DNA of 32,000 nucleotides from an archaeon (GTDB lineage Archaea > Iainarchaeota > Iainarchaeia > Iainarchaeales > CSSED10-239). The notes under the pieces are model-generated. The model searched no databases. It was not told the origin of the DNA and worked only from the letters and a program-made list of their open reading frames with translations. Each line of letters starts with the position of its first letter. Positions within the stretch are counted from its first letter, which is position 1. The stretch is from positions 150,001 through 182,000 of the forward strand of contig DAOMZT010000001.1 in the NCBI GenBank assembly GCA_035400625.1, read 5' to 3'. Positions 1 to 8,117 of the stretch are shown one piece after another. Made by a program: the position numbers and the translations under genes.

Positions 1-265
1 TCCCTGACATCTCAAGATTTAAAACAAAAGATCCCTCATCAGGAGAATCAGGATATGGGGTTCCAACAGCGAACTTAACGCCAGCAATTACCTCGGTATT
101 GCCTAGCTTTACCCAAGCAGAACCATCTGCAGACTTCATAACATCTCTTTTAATATCTAGTGGTCTATAATCTAGTAATTGCCTGTTATCTAATCTCTTG
201 CCTGCAACTAAAAGTTTTCTTGCCTTATCTGACTTTATTATCTTTAAAATATCTACATCACTCAT
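1..265 (-). CDS. rrp42: Exosome complex component Rrp42 (RNase PH-like), N-terminal part; gene runs off the window edge
   Basis: Not in the ORF track because it has no stop inside the window. My translation from the ATG at 265..263 is MSDVDILKIIKSDKARKLLVAGKRLDNRQLLDYRPLDIKRDVMKSADGSAWVKLGNTEVIAGVKF..., an RNase PH-type N-terminus. Its ATG overlaps the rrp41 TGA stop (ATGA). The position after rrp41 matches the conserved archaeal exosome operon order. Confidence 0.75.
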   Translation of the reverse strand, partial: MSDVDILKIIKSDKARKLLVAGKRLDNRQLLDYRPLDIKRDVMKSADGSAWVKLGNTEVIAGVKFAVGTPYPDSPDEGSFVLNLEMSG

Positions 266-969
266 TGTATACCACCTTCAACAGGATATTTGCTTACAAG
301 TGCTTTCTTTTGAATCTCATAAACTTTTTCTGCACCTTTTAAAGCAGTTTCTAAAATCTTTGAACACTCTTTTTTATCTGCAAAACCGTCCATCTGAAGA
401 AGAGCAAGTTCTTTTTGTGGCATTAAAAACGCACAAGCCATATCTACAGCATCTTCTGTATCTTCATCTTCTTTATTTAGATCTAGAACGATTTGTTTGT
501 TTGCTCTTCCAGCAGCAACTGCACTTATTAAGCCTCTCATCGCAAGACCTGCGTCTGCAGCTGCAAGACTAGCTGCAGTTAAAGCAGCAACTCTAGTTCC
601 TGCATCTGCTGAAAGAATCAAAACATTAACATCAATCATGGTGTTTGGAAATTGCTCAACCATCACAGCAGCCTCAAGAGCATGACCAGAAACTAAAGAA
701 ATTTCTTTGTCTCTTTTTCCTGGCACTGGTGATTTTCTTTCAGGTACTGAAAATGTTGCCATCCTATATTTATAATTGATTATTGCTTTACTTGGATCTG
801 CTAAATGTTTTGGTAAAACAGGTCTTGGGCCATTAACTGTTGCTACCACGATGTTTTTACCCCACTCTAAATAACAAGAGCCATCAGCATTTTTTGCAAT
901 CCCTAATTCTGCTTTAATGGGACGCAACTCGTCATAAGACCTTCCATCTGGTCTTTTTGCATTACTCAT
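262..969 (-). CDS. rrp41: Exosome complex exonuclease Rrp41 (RNase PH family)
   Basis: 235 aa. The N-terminus RPDGRSYDELRPIKAELGIAKNADGSCYLEWGKNIVVATVNGPR is typical of the RNase PH/Rrp41 fold. It lies between rrp4 and rrp42 as in the conserved operon. Confidence 0.93.
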   Translation of the reverse strand: MSNAKRPDGRSYDELRPIKAELGIAKNADGSCYLEWGKNIVVATVNGPRPVLPKHLADPSKAIINYKYRMATFSVPERKSPVPGKRDKEISLVSGHALEAAVMVEQFPNTMIDVNVLILSADAGTRVAALTAASLAAADAGLAMRGLISAVAAGRANKQIVLDLNKEDEDTEDAVDMACAFLMPQKELALLQMDGFADKKECSKILETALKGAEKVYEIQKKALVSKYPVEGGIQ

Positions 970-985
970 ATTAAACTCTCCTCTT

Positions 986-1594
986 TTATTGATTATTTTT
1001 TAAATATTCTTCTATAGTATTAGTTAGATTTGATTTTTGAGAATTATTTACAATTAAAGAAATCGCATTCTCTAATAAATTTCCGTTTTTTGAAACATAC
1101 CAAATCCACCCATTTCTTCCAACCAAGATATTCGAAGATGTGTATTTCTTTAAGATATTAAGCATAGAATCATTCTTGCCAATAATTCTTGGGATCTTAA
1201 CTGAAGAAACTGCATATATAGAACCCTCTGGAAGAATGTTGATATTATCTAATTCAGAAACTTCTATACCATCAACGCCTTTAACTCTTGCAAAAAGCAT
1301 TTGCCCAATCTTTAATTCCCTTGTAACAAAAGACTTTGGAAAAAAACAATCGCTATGAGAATTGACATCAATGATATATCCATTAGCAGTGATGTTTCTT
1401 ACAACACAAACTACTGGGTCATTTTCCTTAGGAAAGTAAGGTCCATTTAATGGCACAATAGAAACAAAATCGCCTGTTTCATTTAACAATCCTAATACAG
1501 AACTATATATTTTATTTTCCTTAATAAAAACATTCTCACCGATTTTCTTTCTTTGATCTGTGATTAGTTCTCCAGGAATTACTATTTTTTTCAT
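986..1594 (-). CDS. rrp4: Exosome complex RNA-binding subunit Rrp4 (N-terminal domain + S1 + KH)
   Basis: The ORF is 986..1621. The likely true start is the internal MKKIVIPGELI at 1594, because the upstream Met would overlap SBDS by 14 nt. It has S1-like and KH-like regions including GRNGWIWY, and its operon position lies between SBDS and rrp41. Confidence 0.9.
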   Translation of the reverse strand: MKKIVIPGELITDQRKKIGENVFIKENKIYSSVLGLLNETGDFVSIVPLNGPYFPKENDPVVCVVRNITANGYIIDVNSHSDCFFPKSFVTRELKIGQMLFARVKGVDGIEVSELDNINILPEGSIYAVSSVKIPRIIGKNDSMLNILKKYTSSNILVGRNGWIWYVSKNGNLLENAISLIVNNSQKSNLTNTIEEYLKNNQ

Positions 1595-1607
1595 ATAATC
1601 ACACTCT

Positions 1608-2303
1608 CTATTGTTTTTCAACAGTAATTATTACTGAACCACGGGTTATGTTATTTAAATCAGTAATTAATTTTTGCTTTAAACCCATTGGCAAAGATAC
1701 CTTTGCAAACAACCCACCACTTGGCAACCATTTTTCTTCGACAATATCGTATTTGTGAAGGATAGGCAATAACTTACCTGAAAACTGAGAGGTTACTTCA
1801 ATTGATAAAATTATCTTGTCCATGGAGATTGGCAATGCTTTTTTTAAAACAAGCATAACTTGATTTAGCTCATCATCTCTTTTTCTTGAAAGATTAAACT
1901 TGAATTTTGCAGCATCTAAAGCATTGATTATTCTTTGGGGTGGAATTGGAGTCATCTCTTTAGGGTCATGAGTGTTCTTTGCTATAAAATCTATTATTTC
2001 GTTTTCTCTTCTTTTAAGCATCTCGTTTCTTTGAGTAGTTGTTAATTGAACATCTCCGTCAATTATTATTTTTTTTGCAATTGTTAAGAAATCTGTGGTT
2101 TCAAAAACTTGTTTAATAATTTCTTCGGATGCTAATTTTCCTTTTGCAGAATCAGAATATATTTCTTCCATCGCAAACATGTTATCTAAATTAACATCTT
2201 TTCCATGCTTTAAATCCCAAGCAAGATAAGGGTCTACAAAAATCTCAAAACGATGTCCATCTCTACTATACTTAGCAAGAACCGCATCATCAAGCTTAAC
2301 CAT
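1608..2303 (-). CDS. SBDS (Shwachman-Bodian-Diamond) family ribosome maturation protein
   Basis: 231 aa. The sequence AKYSRDGHRFEIFVDPYLAWDLKHGKDVNLDNMFAMEEIYSDSAKGKLASEE is a typical SBDS N-terminal domain. An AGGTGA-like SD lies upstream. The position after psmA is conserved. Confidence 0.92.
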   Translation of the reverse strand: MVKLDDAVLAKYSRDGHRFEIFVDPYLAWDLKHGKDVNLDNMFAMEEIYSDSAKGKLASEEIIKQVFETTDFLTIAKKIIIDGDVQLTTTQRNEMLKRRENEIIDFIAKNTHDPKEMTPIPPQRIINALDAAKFKFNLSRKRDDELNQVMLVLKKALPISMDKIILSIEVTSQFSGKLLPILHKYDIVEEKWLPSGGLFAKVSLPMGLKQKLITDLNNITRGSVIITVEKQ

Positions 2304-2313
2304 TATTTATCAC

Positions 2314-3036
2314 CTACAATAATTTTGAATATTTTTCTAATGGAACAACTGCATTTGTGTTGCCATTGTCAGTTACATTAATTACTTCTATGCTCTGAGC
2401 ATTTAGTTTTTGTTTTGGTTCTAGGTTTAAAGATATTGCTTTTATACCTATTGCTAATGCATCTTCAAAGCTTAGATTTTCTTTGTAATTTTTCTCTAGA
2501 TAATCCATTAATTTTTGTTTGTTCTGGCCGATTGCCAAAGCCTTATAAGCGGTTATTGCACCACTTGGTTCTGCTTCAAAGATGTGTTTCCCTAGAGAAT
2601 CGTAGCCTGCAATAATAAGAGAAACACCAAATGGTCTTCCACCTGCATATTGAGTGAAATATTGAATTACTGATGCGATCTTCTTGACAAGCGTCTCAAC
2701 CTCAATTGCCTGATCATAATAAGTTCTGTTCTCTTGAGACATTTGTCTTGCAAAATCAACAAGTCTTCTGCCATCGCCTATTAATCCTGCACAGGTTGTC
2801 CAAATGTGATTATCAATCTTAAAGACCTTTTCCACAGAGCTTGGAATAACAAGGCTTGAATGTATTTTCTTGTCAGCAATTATTATTATTCCTTGTTTAT
2901 AGATTATAGCTACTGCTGGACTTCCTTTTTCTATAATCTTTGAGGCATAATCTACTTGGTAAAGATGCCCTTCTGGACTAAACATTGTTGTTGATCTATC
3001 ATAACCTGCTGCTGCACCTAGAGAATTTGGTATCAA
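2314..3036 (-). CDS. psmA: Proteasome subunit alpha
   Basis: 240 aa with the alpha-subunit signature GYDRSTTMFSPEGHLYQVDYA. The start codon is TTG (3036..3034), preceded by a GGTGA SD about 8 nt upstream. There is no in-frame ATG after the upstream stop. Confidence 0.95.
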   Translation of the reverse strand: MIPNSLGAAAGYDRSTTMFSPEGHLYQVDYASKIIEKGSPAVAIIYKQGIIIIADKKIHSSLVIPSSVEKVFKIDNHIWTTCAGLIGDGRRLVDFARQMSQENRTYYDQAIEVETLVKKIASVIQYFTQYAGGRPFGVSLIIAGYDSLGKHIFEAEPSGAITAYKALAIGQNKQKLMDYLEKNYKENLSFEDALAIGIKAISLNLEPKQKLNAQSIEVINVTDNGNTNAVVPLEKYSKLL

Positions 3037-3135
3037 ATTATACTCACCATTTTAGAATTTTATAAATATCATATTTAAATATATAAAACAATAGTTAATC
3101 TAATATATAATATAGACAAGAAGCATTTAAAAAGC

Positions 3136-3471
3136 TTATTTTAGGCCAATTTTCTTAATTGTGCTTTTTATGTTTTTTATTTTTAATAATCCTAAATCCT
3201 GTTGCGCAAAAAATAACGAAGCAAGGAATTCTTCTAGATAATCTTTGTTTACTCTGATTAATATAGTTTTTGCTTTAGAATCCATCTCTATTATTGTGAT
3301 ATTTGCTTCTAATTGAACGAAAATGCCACTTTGCTTTTGTAAGGCTCTTGAAAGAGATGAATATATGGTCTTAGAATCAAGAGCGTGAGGATAAGTAAGC
3401 AACTCCAAATGTACATATCTTTTTTTATGCCTTAAATTTGGCCTTATAACTGCTAGTTTTTTCTTTTTCAT
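3136..3471 (-). CDS. rnp2: RNase P protein component 2 (Pop5/Rpp14 family)
   Basis: 111 aa. The N-terminal RPNLRHKKRYVHLEL resembles the Pop5 signature (R-x-K-x-RY followed by a beta strand). It has an ATGA overlap with the upstream rpp30-like gene and sits in the classical position upstream of psmA. Confidence 0.75.
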   Translation of the reverse strand: MKKKKLAVIRPNLRHKKRYVHLELLTYPHALDSKTIYSSLSRALQKQSGIFVQLEANITIIEMDSKAKTILIRVNKDYLEEFLASLFFAQQDLGLLKIKNIKSTIKKIGLK

Positions 3472-4070
3472 AAATCCTCTAATACTCTTTTTATCATTGC
3501 TCTCTCTAAGCCAAGATTTCTTAAAAAGCTCTTAAGAATGATTGGGTCTACAAGCTCTTCTGGAACTTTGGCCATAGACACAAAACGAAACTCAACATTT
3601 CTTTTTTTTAATAATTCTAAAATAAATAATGTCTGCTTTATTGCTTTGTTTTGGTTGTGTCTTAGTTCTCTAATATCAAAGAAAATTATTTTATTGTTTT
3701 GCTTTGCTAACTTTGCTAAACCCTCGTCAATTGCTGTTTCTGAGGAGATCGGGTTAAATAAATGAATTTCTGATTTGCTTGATATAATGTTTGTGTTGGA
3801 GGAGAGGGCGCTGCCTTGTCCAAGAATTAATGCATTTTTTGGAATCTTGCTTTTTAGGTTGCTATAAAGATTTAAGTCATTAAAAAGAAAAGCAGGAAAT
3901 GTGTTTTTTACTTTTGGAAAAACAAAACCCGTGTCCTCTTTTTTGTTTATCTCTTTGACCACATAAATTTTTTGAATATTTAATTTCTTTAAAATCTCCT
4001 CAGCAAAAGGTTGCTTGAAAAAATCACTTGATACTACATCAAAATATTTTTCTTTCATCTTCTTTATCAC
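3468..4070 (-). CDS. rnp3: RNase P protein component 3 (Rpp30 family), probable
   Basis: 200 aa. The C-terminal region IIFFDIRELRH...VEFRFVSMAKVPEELVDPIILKSFLRNLGL resembles the Rpp30 TIM-barrel C-terminus (xSxA...ELRxP...LG). The GTG start at 4070 overlaps the argS stop, and an alternative ATG lies at 4058. Operon context with pop5 supports the call. Confidence 0.62.
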   Translation of the reverse strand: MIKKMKEKYFDVVSSDFFKQPFAEEILKKLNIQKIYVVKEINKKEDTGFVFPKVKNTFPAFLFNDLNLYSNLKSKIPKNALILGQGSALSSNTNIISSKSEIHLFNPISSETAIDEGLAKLAKQNNKIIFFDIRELRHNQNKAIKQTLFILELLKKRNVEFRFVSMAKVPEELVDPIILKSFLRNLGLERAMIKRVLEDL

Positions 4071-5764
4071 ATTTTTTCAGGAATATCTATGCCCAATAAC
4101 CACAACGCATTCTCTAGGGTTTGAAGATAAGCACTAATTGTTGCTAGCCTTTGTTCTGTTATTTCTTTATCAACAGAAAGCACAGGACAATTAGTATAAA
4201 ACTTATTAAATGCACGAGCTAAATCTAGGCAGTAGCTTGCAATAATGTTTGGCTTTCTTTCTTTTGTGGCATATTCTACTTTGCTTGGGAACTGCAAAAT
4301 CAAATACAATAGCCTTTTTTCTTCTTCAGTTAACTCTTTTGGCTTTGAAATTTTCGAGGTTTTTTTATAGCTTGCTTTTCTTAAAATACTTTTTGCACGC
4401 ACCCCGCTATATTGTACATATACACTTGAGTCGCCTTGAAGATCAAGAGCAGAACTGATATCAAACACAAATGTCTTATTAAAACCAATCTTTAACATCT
4501 CAAACTTAATTGTTCCAAAAACAATCTTATCAATTATTTCCTTTTGGTGTTCTAGGTTATTTTCTGTTAATACTTGTTTTACCTTTTCTTGCAATTGGTC
4601 CCTTAAGTCCTCATAAAGCACCATGCCACCAGCACGAGATGCCATCTTGCCAGTTGTTAGATTTACCATCCCTAGAGATATGTGCTCATGTGTGGTTTTA
4701 GGATAAATCACAGAAAACAAGCTAAACAATTGCCTAAAATAAAAATCCTGTTCTGAACCAACAACATAAATAAAATGCTTACATTTTGGAAATTTCTGTT
4801 TTTTTATTTGAACCAAAGCAATATCTTTTGCTGCATAAAGTGGCGCACCGTTCTTTTTAATTAATACTAAGACATCAAGCTTTTTGTCTTTTAGGTCTGC
4901 AATTATCGCATCTTCGCTTTCCTTTATTATATCCTTGTGCTCTTTGATAAATTCATCTTTAATTTCTAAAAACTTCTTTTCTGTTTCGCTTTCAAATATT
5001 TTATCAACAAGCTCTACTCCAAGTTCTGTTTTAACCTGCATATATGCTTGATAGCAGATATCCCTTAGTTTTGCGATTTCTTTTTGTAAGTCTTTATCAG
5101 TTAAGATTTTCTTTTGAATATCGTCTATTTCTTTTTTAGAATCAACATTATCTTTTGCTTTTTCTCCTGCAGCAATATAGATTTCTCCAAACCATTTAGA
5201 AACATTTGTTTTTGGAATTTGTTGCTTGTCTTTTGGCAATTGTGAATAACACCAATACCATTTGGCTACATGTGTTCCTACATCTCCTCCATAATATACT
5301 GGTTTAGAATCATAGCCAGAGAATGATAAAAGACGAGAGATAGAATCCCCTCCAACAATCATTCTTAAATGCCCAACATGCAAGGTTTTGAAGGTGTTAG
5401 CATTAAAGGTATCAATTACATATTGTTCGTTTGCACCAATTTTTGACTTGCCATAATTTTCTTTTTTTTCAAGAACATTAGTTATTGTTTCTTTGTAAAG
5501 TATTTCTGGCTTTATCTTTAAATTGATATATCCACCGACAGCAACATAATCAAAATAGTCTTTATTTTCTCTTAGCTTCTCAACTATTTCTTTAGAGATA
5601 TCAAGTGGCGATTTCTTTAATTCTTTTGCCAAAGAAAAACAAGGGAAAGATAAATCTCCAAGATTAAAATCAGGTGGTTCTTCTATAAATTTAAGAGTTT
5701 CAGATATATCTTTTTTAGTAATTCTTGAAATCTCTTCTGCAAATTTTTCTTTAAAGTTAAACAT
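4067..5764 (-). CDS. argS: Arginine--tRNA ligase (class I)
   Basis: 565 aa with the HIGH-type motif FKTLHVGHLR, a DALR-type anticodon-binding C-terminal region and a terminal Met, all typical of ArgRS. Confidence 0.95.
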   Translation of the reverse strand: MFNFKEKFAEEISRITKKDISETLKFIEEPPDFNLGDLSFPCFSLAKELKKSPLDISKEIVEKLRENKDYFDYVAVGGYINLKIKPEILYKETITNVLEKKENYGKSKIGANEQYVIDTFNANTFKTLHVGHLRMIVGGDSISRLLSFSGYDSKPVYYGGDVGTHVAKWYWCYSQLPKDKQQIPKTNVSKWFGEIYIAAGEKAKDNVDSKKEIDDIQKKILTDKDLQKEIAKLRDICYQAYMQVKTELGVELVDKIFESETEKKFLEIKDEFIKEHKDIIKESEDAIIADLKDKKLDVLVLIKKNGAPLYAAKDIALVQIKKQKFPKCKHFIYVVGSEQDFYFRQLFSLFSVIYPKTTHEHISLGMVNLTTGKMASRAGGMVLYEDLRDQLQEKVKQVLTENNLEHQKEIIDKIVFGTIKFEMLKIGFNKTFVFDISSALDLQGDSSVYVQYSGVRAKSILRKASYKKTSKISKPKELTEEEKRLLYLILQFPSKVEYATKERKPNIIASYCLDLARAFNKFYTNCPVLSVDKEITEQRLATISAYLQTLENALWLLGIDIPEKM

Positions 5765-5782
5765 AATTCATTACCTTTAAAG

Positions 5783-5855
5783 CGAGCCCGGAGGGATTCG
5801 AACCCTCGACCCACAGCTTAGAAGGCTGTTGCCCTATCCACTAGGCCACGGGCCC
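5783..5855 (-). tRNA. tRNA-Arg (anticodon TCT/UCU), no encoded CCA
   Basis: Hand-folded cloverleaf on the minus strand: acceptor GGGCCCG/CGGGCTC (one G-U pair), D arm GCCT-AGTGGATA-GGGC, anticodon arm ACAGC-CTTCTAA-GCTGT, variable loop GGGTC, T arm GAGGG-TTCGAAT-CCCTC, discriminator G. It forms a GC-rich island in AT-rich DNA. Confidence 0.9.
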
Positions 5856-5910
5856 ATAATCTATATAATTTAGAAAAGAAAATAAATAAAAATGGAATAG
5901 AAAGAAACAC

Positions 5911-7029
5911 TTATTGTGCTTGCCCTTCTAAAGATTCCTGAATCTTAGAAAAGCTCTCAGGATTTTCATCTACCCATTTTTGCAAAGTCTCCATTTCTGA
6001 GTTTATTCTGGTTACATCTTCTGAATATTTTTCTAGAAGTTTATTCTGAACTACTTGTATATTTCCTGAAAGCTCTGAAGAATTATTAAATAATTCAAGT
6101 TCAGCTTCAAAATATTTTCCTTGCTCTCCAGCACAATTAGCATATACTGCTGCAGAAGGTTCTGAAGATACCATCTCTTTTGGTAAATATTTAATTTTTC
6201 CTGTATCAATATATTCTGATTTTAATTGCATTAATGATTCTTGTGCTAGCTTCTTACAATAGCTACAATAATAATCAGAATAAACATAAACTACAACCTT
6301 CGCATTCTCATAACCGAAATAAATGTCTTCTTCTTGATAAAACAGGTCTTCTACTGCATTTCCATCCATCGCAACATCTATTTTTTCCTTTAATTCTGCA
6401 TAAGTTAAATAGCCCCCTGCATAATCGTTATTTATTATTATTGCAGGAGTTCCTGTTATACCAATCATTTGTGCAAATTGTGTGTCTCTAACAATCTTTT
6501 GCAAAATTTTTGCATCTTCTGCTTTTGTTTCTGAAGTAATGTTAAGGTTTTTTGCAACACAAGAATCTATTTTTGATTTATCTAAATTTAATTTTGCTGT
6601 TATTTTATCAAATACTGGCTTTTGCTTTACTTGTATTTCCGATAATAGTTCGGTTTGTATTTTTTGACTTAATTCTGTAAGATCGTACATTAATTTAGAA
6701 TATCTTTCTCTAAATTCGCTTTCAGTCAATCCGGTAGCAACATTATCTGTTATATTAGCATCTGATTCTGGAACAGTGGATTTTTTATTTCTGGTTAAAA
6801 TAGTTGTTACAATTACTGCTCCAACAATTAAAATAATCATAATTATAATTCCTATAATCAAGAAAGTATCTGATTTCTTACTATTCCTTTGTTTAATCTC
6901 TTTTGTTTTGGTATTTGGTTTTTTTTCAACAGTTGTTTTCTTTTCTGGTTGTTTTTCTAACTTTGCTTTATCTTCAGTTTTTATTTTCTTTTCTGGTTTT
7001 TTTGTTTTCTTTATTTTTTGTTTTTTCAA
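5911..7029 (-). CDS. Membrane-anchored DsbA/thioredoxin-family protein with a Lys-rich N-terminal tail
   Basis: 372 aa. It has a Lys/Glu-rich N-terminus and one TM helix (FLIIGIIIMIILIVGAVIVTTILT). It also has the DsbA-type active site VYVYSDYYCSYCKKL (CxxC) and the DsbA cis-Pro loop region IGITGTPAIIINN. Confidence 0.72.
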   Translation of the reverse strand: MKKQKIKKTKKPEKKIKTEDKAKLEKQPEKKTTVEKKPNTKTKEIKQRNSKKSDTFLIIGIIIMIILIVGAVIVTTILTRNKKSTVPESDANITDNVATGLTESEFRERYSKLMYDLTELSQKIQTELLSEIQVKQKPVFDKITAKLNLDKSKIDSCVAKNLNITSETKAEDAKILQKIVRDTQFAQMIGITGTPAIIINNDYAGGYLTYAELKEKIDVAMDGNAVEDLFYQEEDIYFGYENAKVVVYVYSDYYCSYCKKLAQESLMQLKSEYIDTGKIKYLPKEMVSSEPSAAVYANCAGEQGKYFEAELELFNNSSELSGNIQVVQNKLLEKYSEDVTRINSEMETLQKWVDENPESFSKIQESLEGQAQ

Positions 7030-7118
7030 AATATCACCATTTTTTAATATGCTTAACTATAAAAATAGTAGTATAACATATTATATAGAATAATAATATT
7101 TTAAAAATAAGTGTTTTT

Positions 7119-8117
7119 ATGGCAAAAGAATTAATTTCTAAAGAAAAAATAGAAAACTTAAAACACAAGCATTATGGCATATATGGCAAACACTCTGCTG
7201 TTGAGATTTGCGAGTGGAATAAAAAGGCACTAAGAGGAGAAGGGGTTTGCTATAAACAGCAATTTTACAATGTAGAGTGCCACAGGTGTGCACAAATAAC
7301 TCCTGCTGTTCTTTGGTGTCATCAGAATTGTATTTTTTGTTGGAGACCTGCAGAATACATGACTATTGATAAATTTCAACCAAAAGATTATGATGAGCCT
7401 AAAGCCATAATTGATGGGCTTTTTGCAGAAAGAAAAAAATTACTTTCTGGCTTTGGCGGGTTTCCTAAGGTTTCTAAAGCAAAGCTAAAAGAAGCAGAGA
7501 TACCAAGCCATGTGGCTATCTCTCTTTCTGGAGAGCCAACAATCTATAAGGATCTTTGGAAATTGATAAAGGAATTAAAATCCAGAAAAGAGATCAAAAC
7601 AATTTTTGTAGTTACAAACGGAATGGAACCTGAAAATCTTTTGACTTTACAAAAGCACAAAAGTTTACCAACACAGCTCTATCTTTCTTTTGTTGCTCCA
7701 AACAAGGAATTACATCTTAAAATTAATCGCCCAAAAATAAAAGACTCTTGGGAGCGTTTACAAAAGACAATATCTATTATGCCAAAACTAAAATGTAGAA
7801 AAGTAATTAGATTCACATTAATTAAAGGAATAAATGATGATAAAAAATATATTAAAGACTTTGTGAAAATCTTTGAAAAAACAAAAGCTGATTTTGTAGA
7901 AATTAAATCGTACATGTATCTTGGCTATTCCAGAAAAACACTGGTTTTAGACAACATGCCTAAATACGAAGAGTGTTTAAAATATGCAAAAGCTTTTGAA
8001 AAAGAATCAAAAGATTATAAAATCTCAGATACTTGTAAGCCATCAAAGATTATTCTTTTAAAAAATAAAAATTCTAAAGTTGATAATTTCATTATTAAAA
8101 AAAGAGGTAGAAAATAA
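7119..8117 (+). CDS. taw1: tRNA 4-demethylwyosine synthase Taw1 (TYW1-type radical SAM)
   Basis: 332 aa. It has the radical SAM CxxxCxxC motif in LWCHQNCIFCWRP. It also has the upstream auxiliary-cluster region CEWNKKALRGEGVCYKQQFYNVECHRC, characteristic of TYW1/Taw1. Confidence 0.9.
   Translation: MAKELISKEKIENLKHKHYGIYGKHSAVEICEWNKKALRGEGVCYKQQFYNVECHRCAQITPAVLWCHQNCIFCWRPAEYMTIDKFQPKDYDEPKAIIDGLFAERKKLLSGFGGFPKVSKAKLKEAEIPSHVAISLSGEPTIYKDLWKLIKELKSRKEIKTIFVVTNGMEPENLLTLQKHKSLPTQLYLSFVAPNKELHLKINRPKIKDSWERLQKTISIMPKLKCRKVIRFTLIKGINDDKKYIKDFVKIFEKTKADFVEIKSYMYLGYSRKTLVLDNMPKYEECLKYAKAFEKESKDYKISDTCKPSKIILLKNKNSKVDNFIIKKRGRK

Noticed and set aside
160-685. + strand ORFs 160..342, 198..572 and 497..685
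   Set aside because: They are antisense shadows of rrp42/rrp41. They are low-complexity Leu/Ala-rich translations, and the RNase PH genes on the minus strand explain the region.
6776-7093. 105-aa Phe/Ile-rich + strand ORF (also 6234..6491 and 6482..6667)
   Set aside because: It is the mirror image of the Lys-rich N-terminus and TM helix of the minus-strand DsbA-like gene (AAA/AAG codons read as TTT/CTT).
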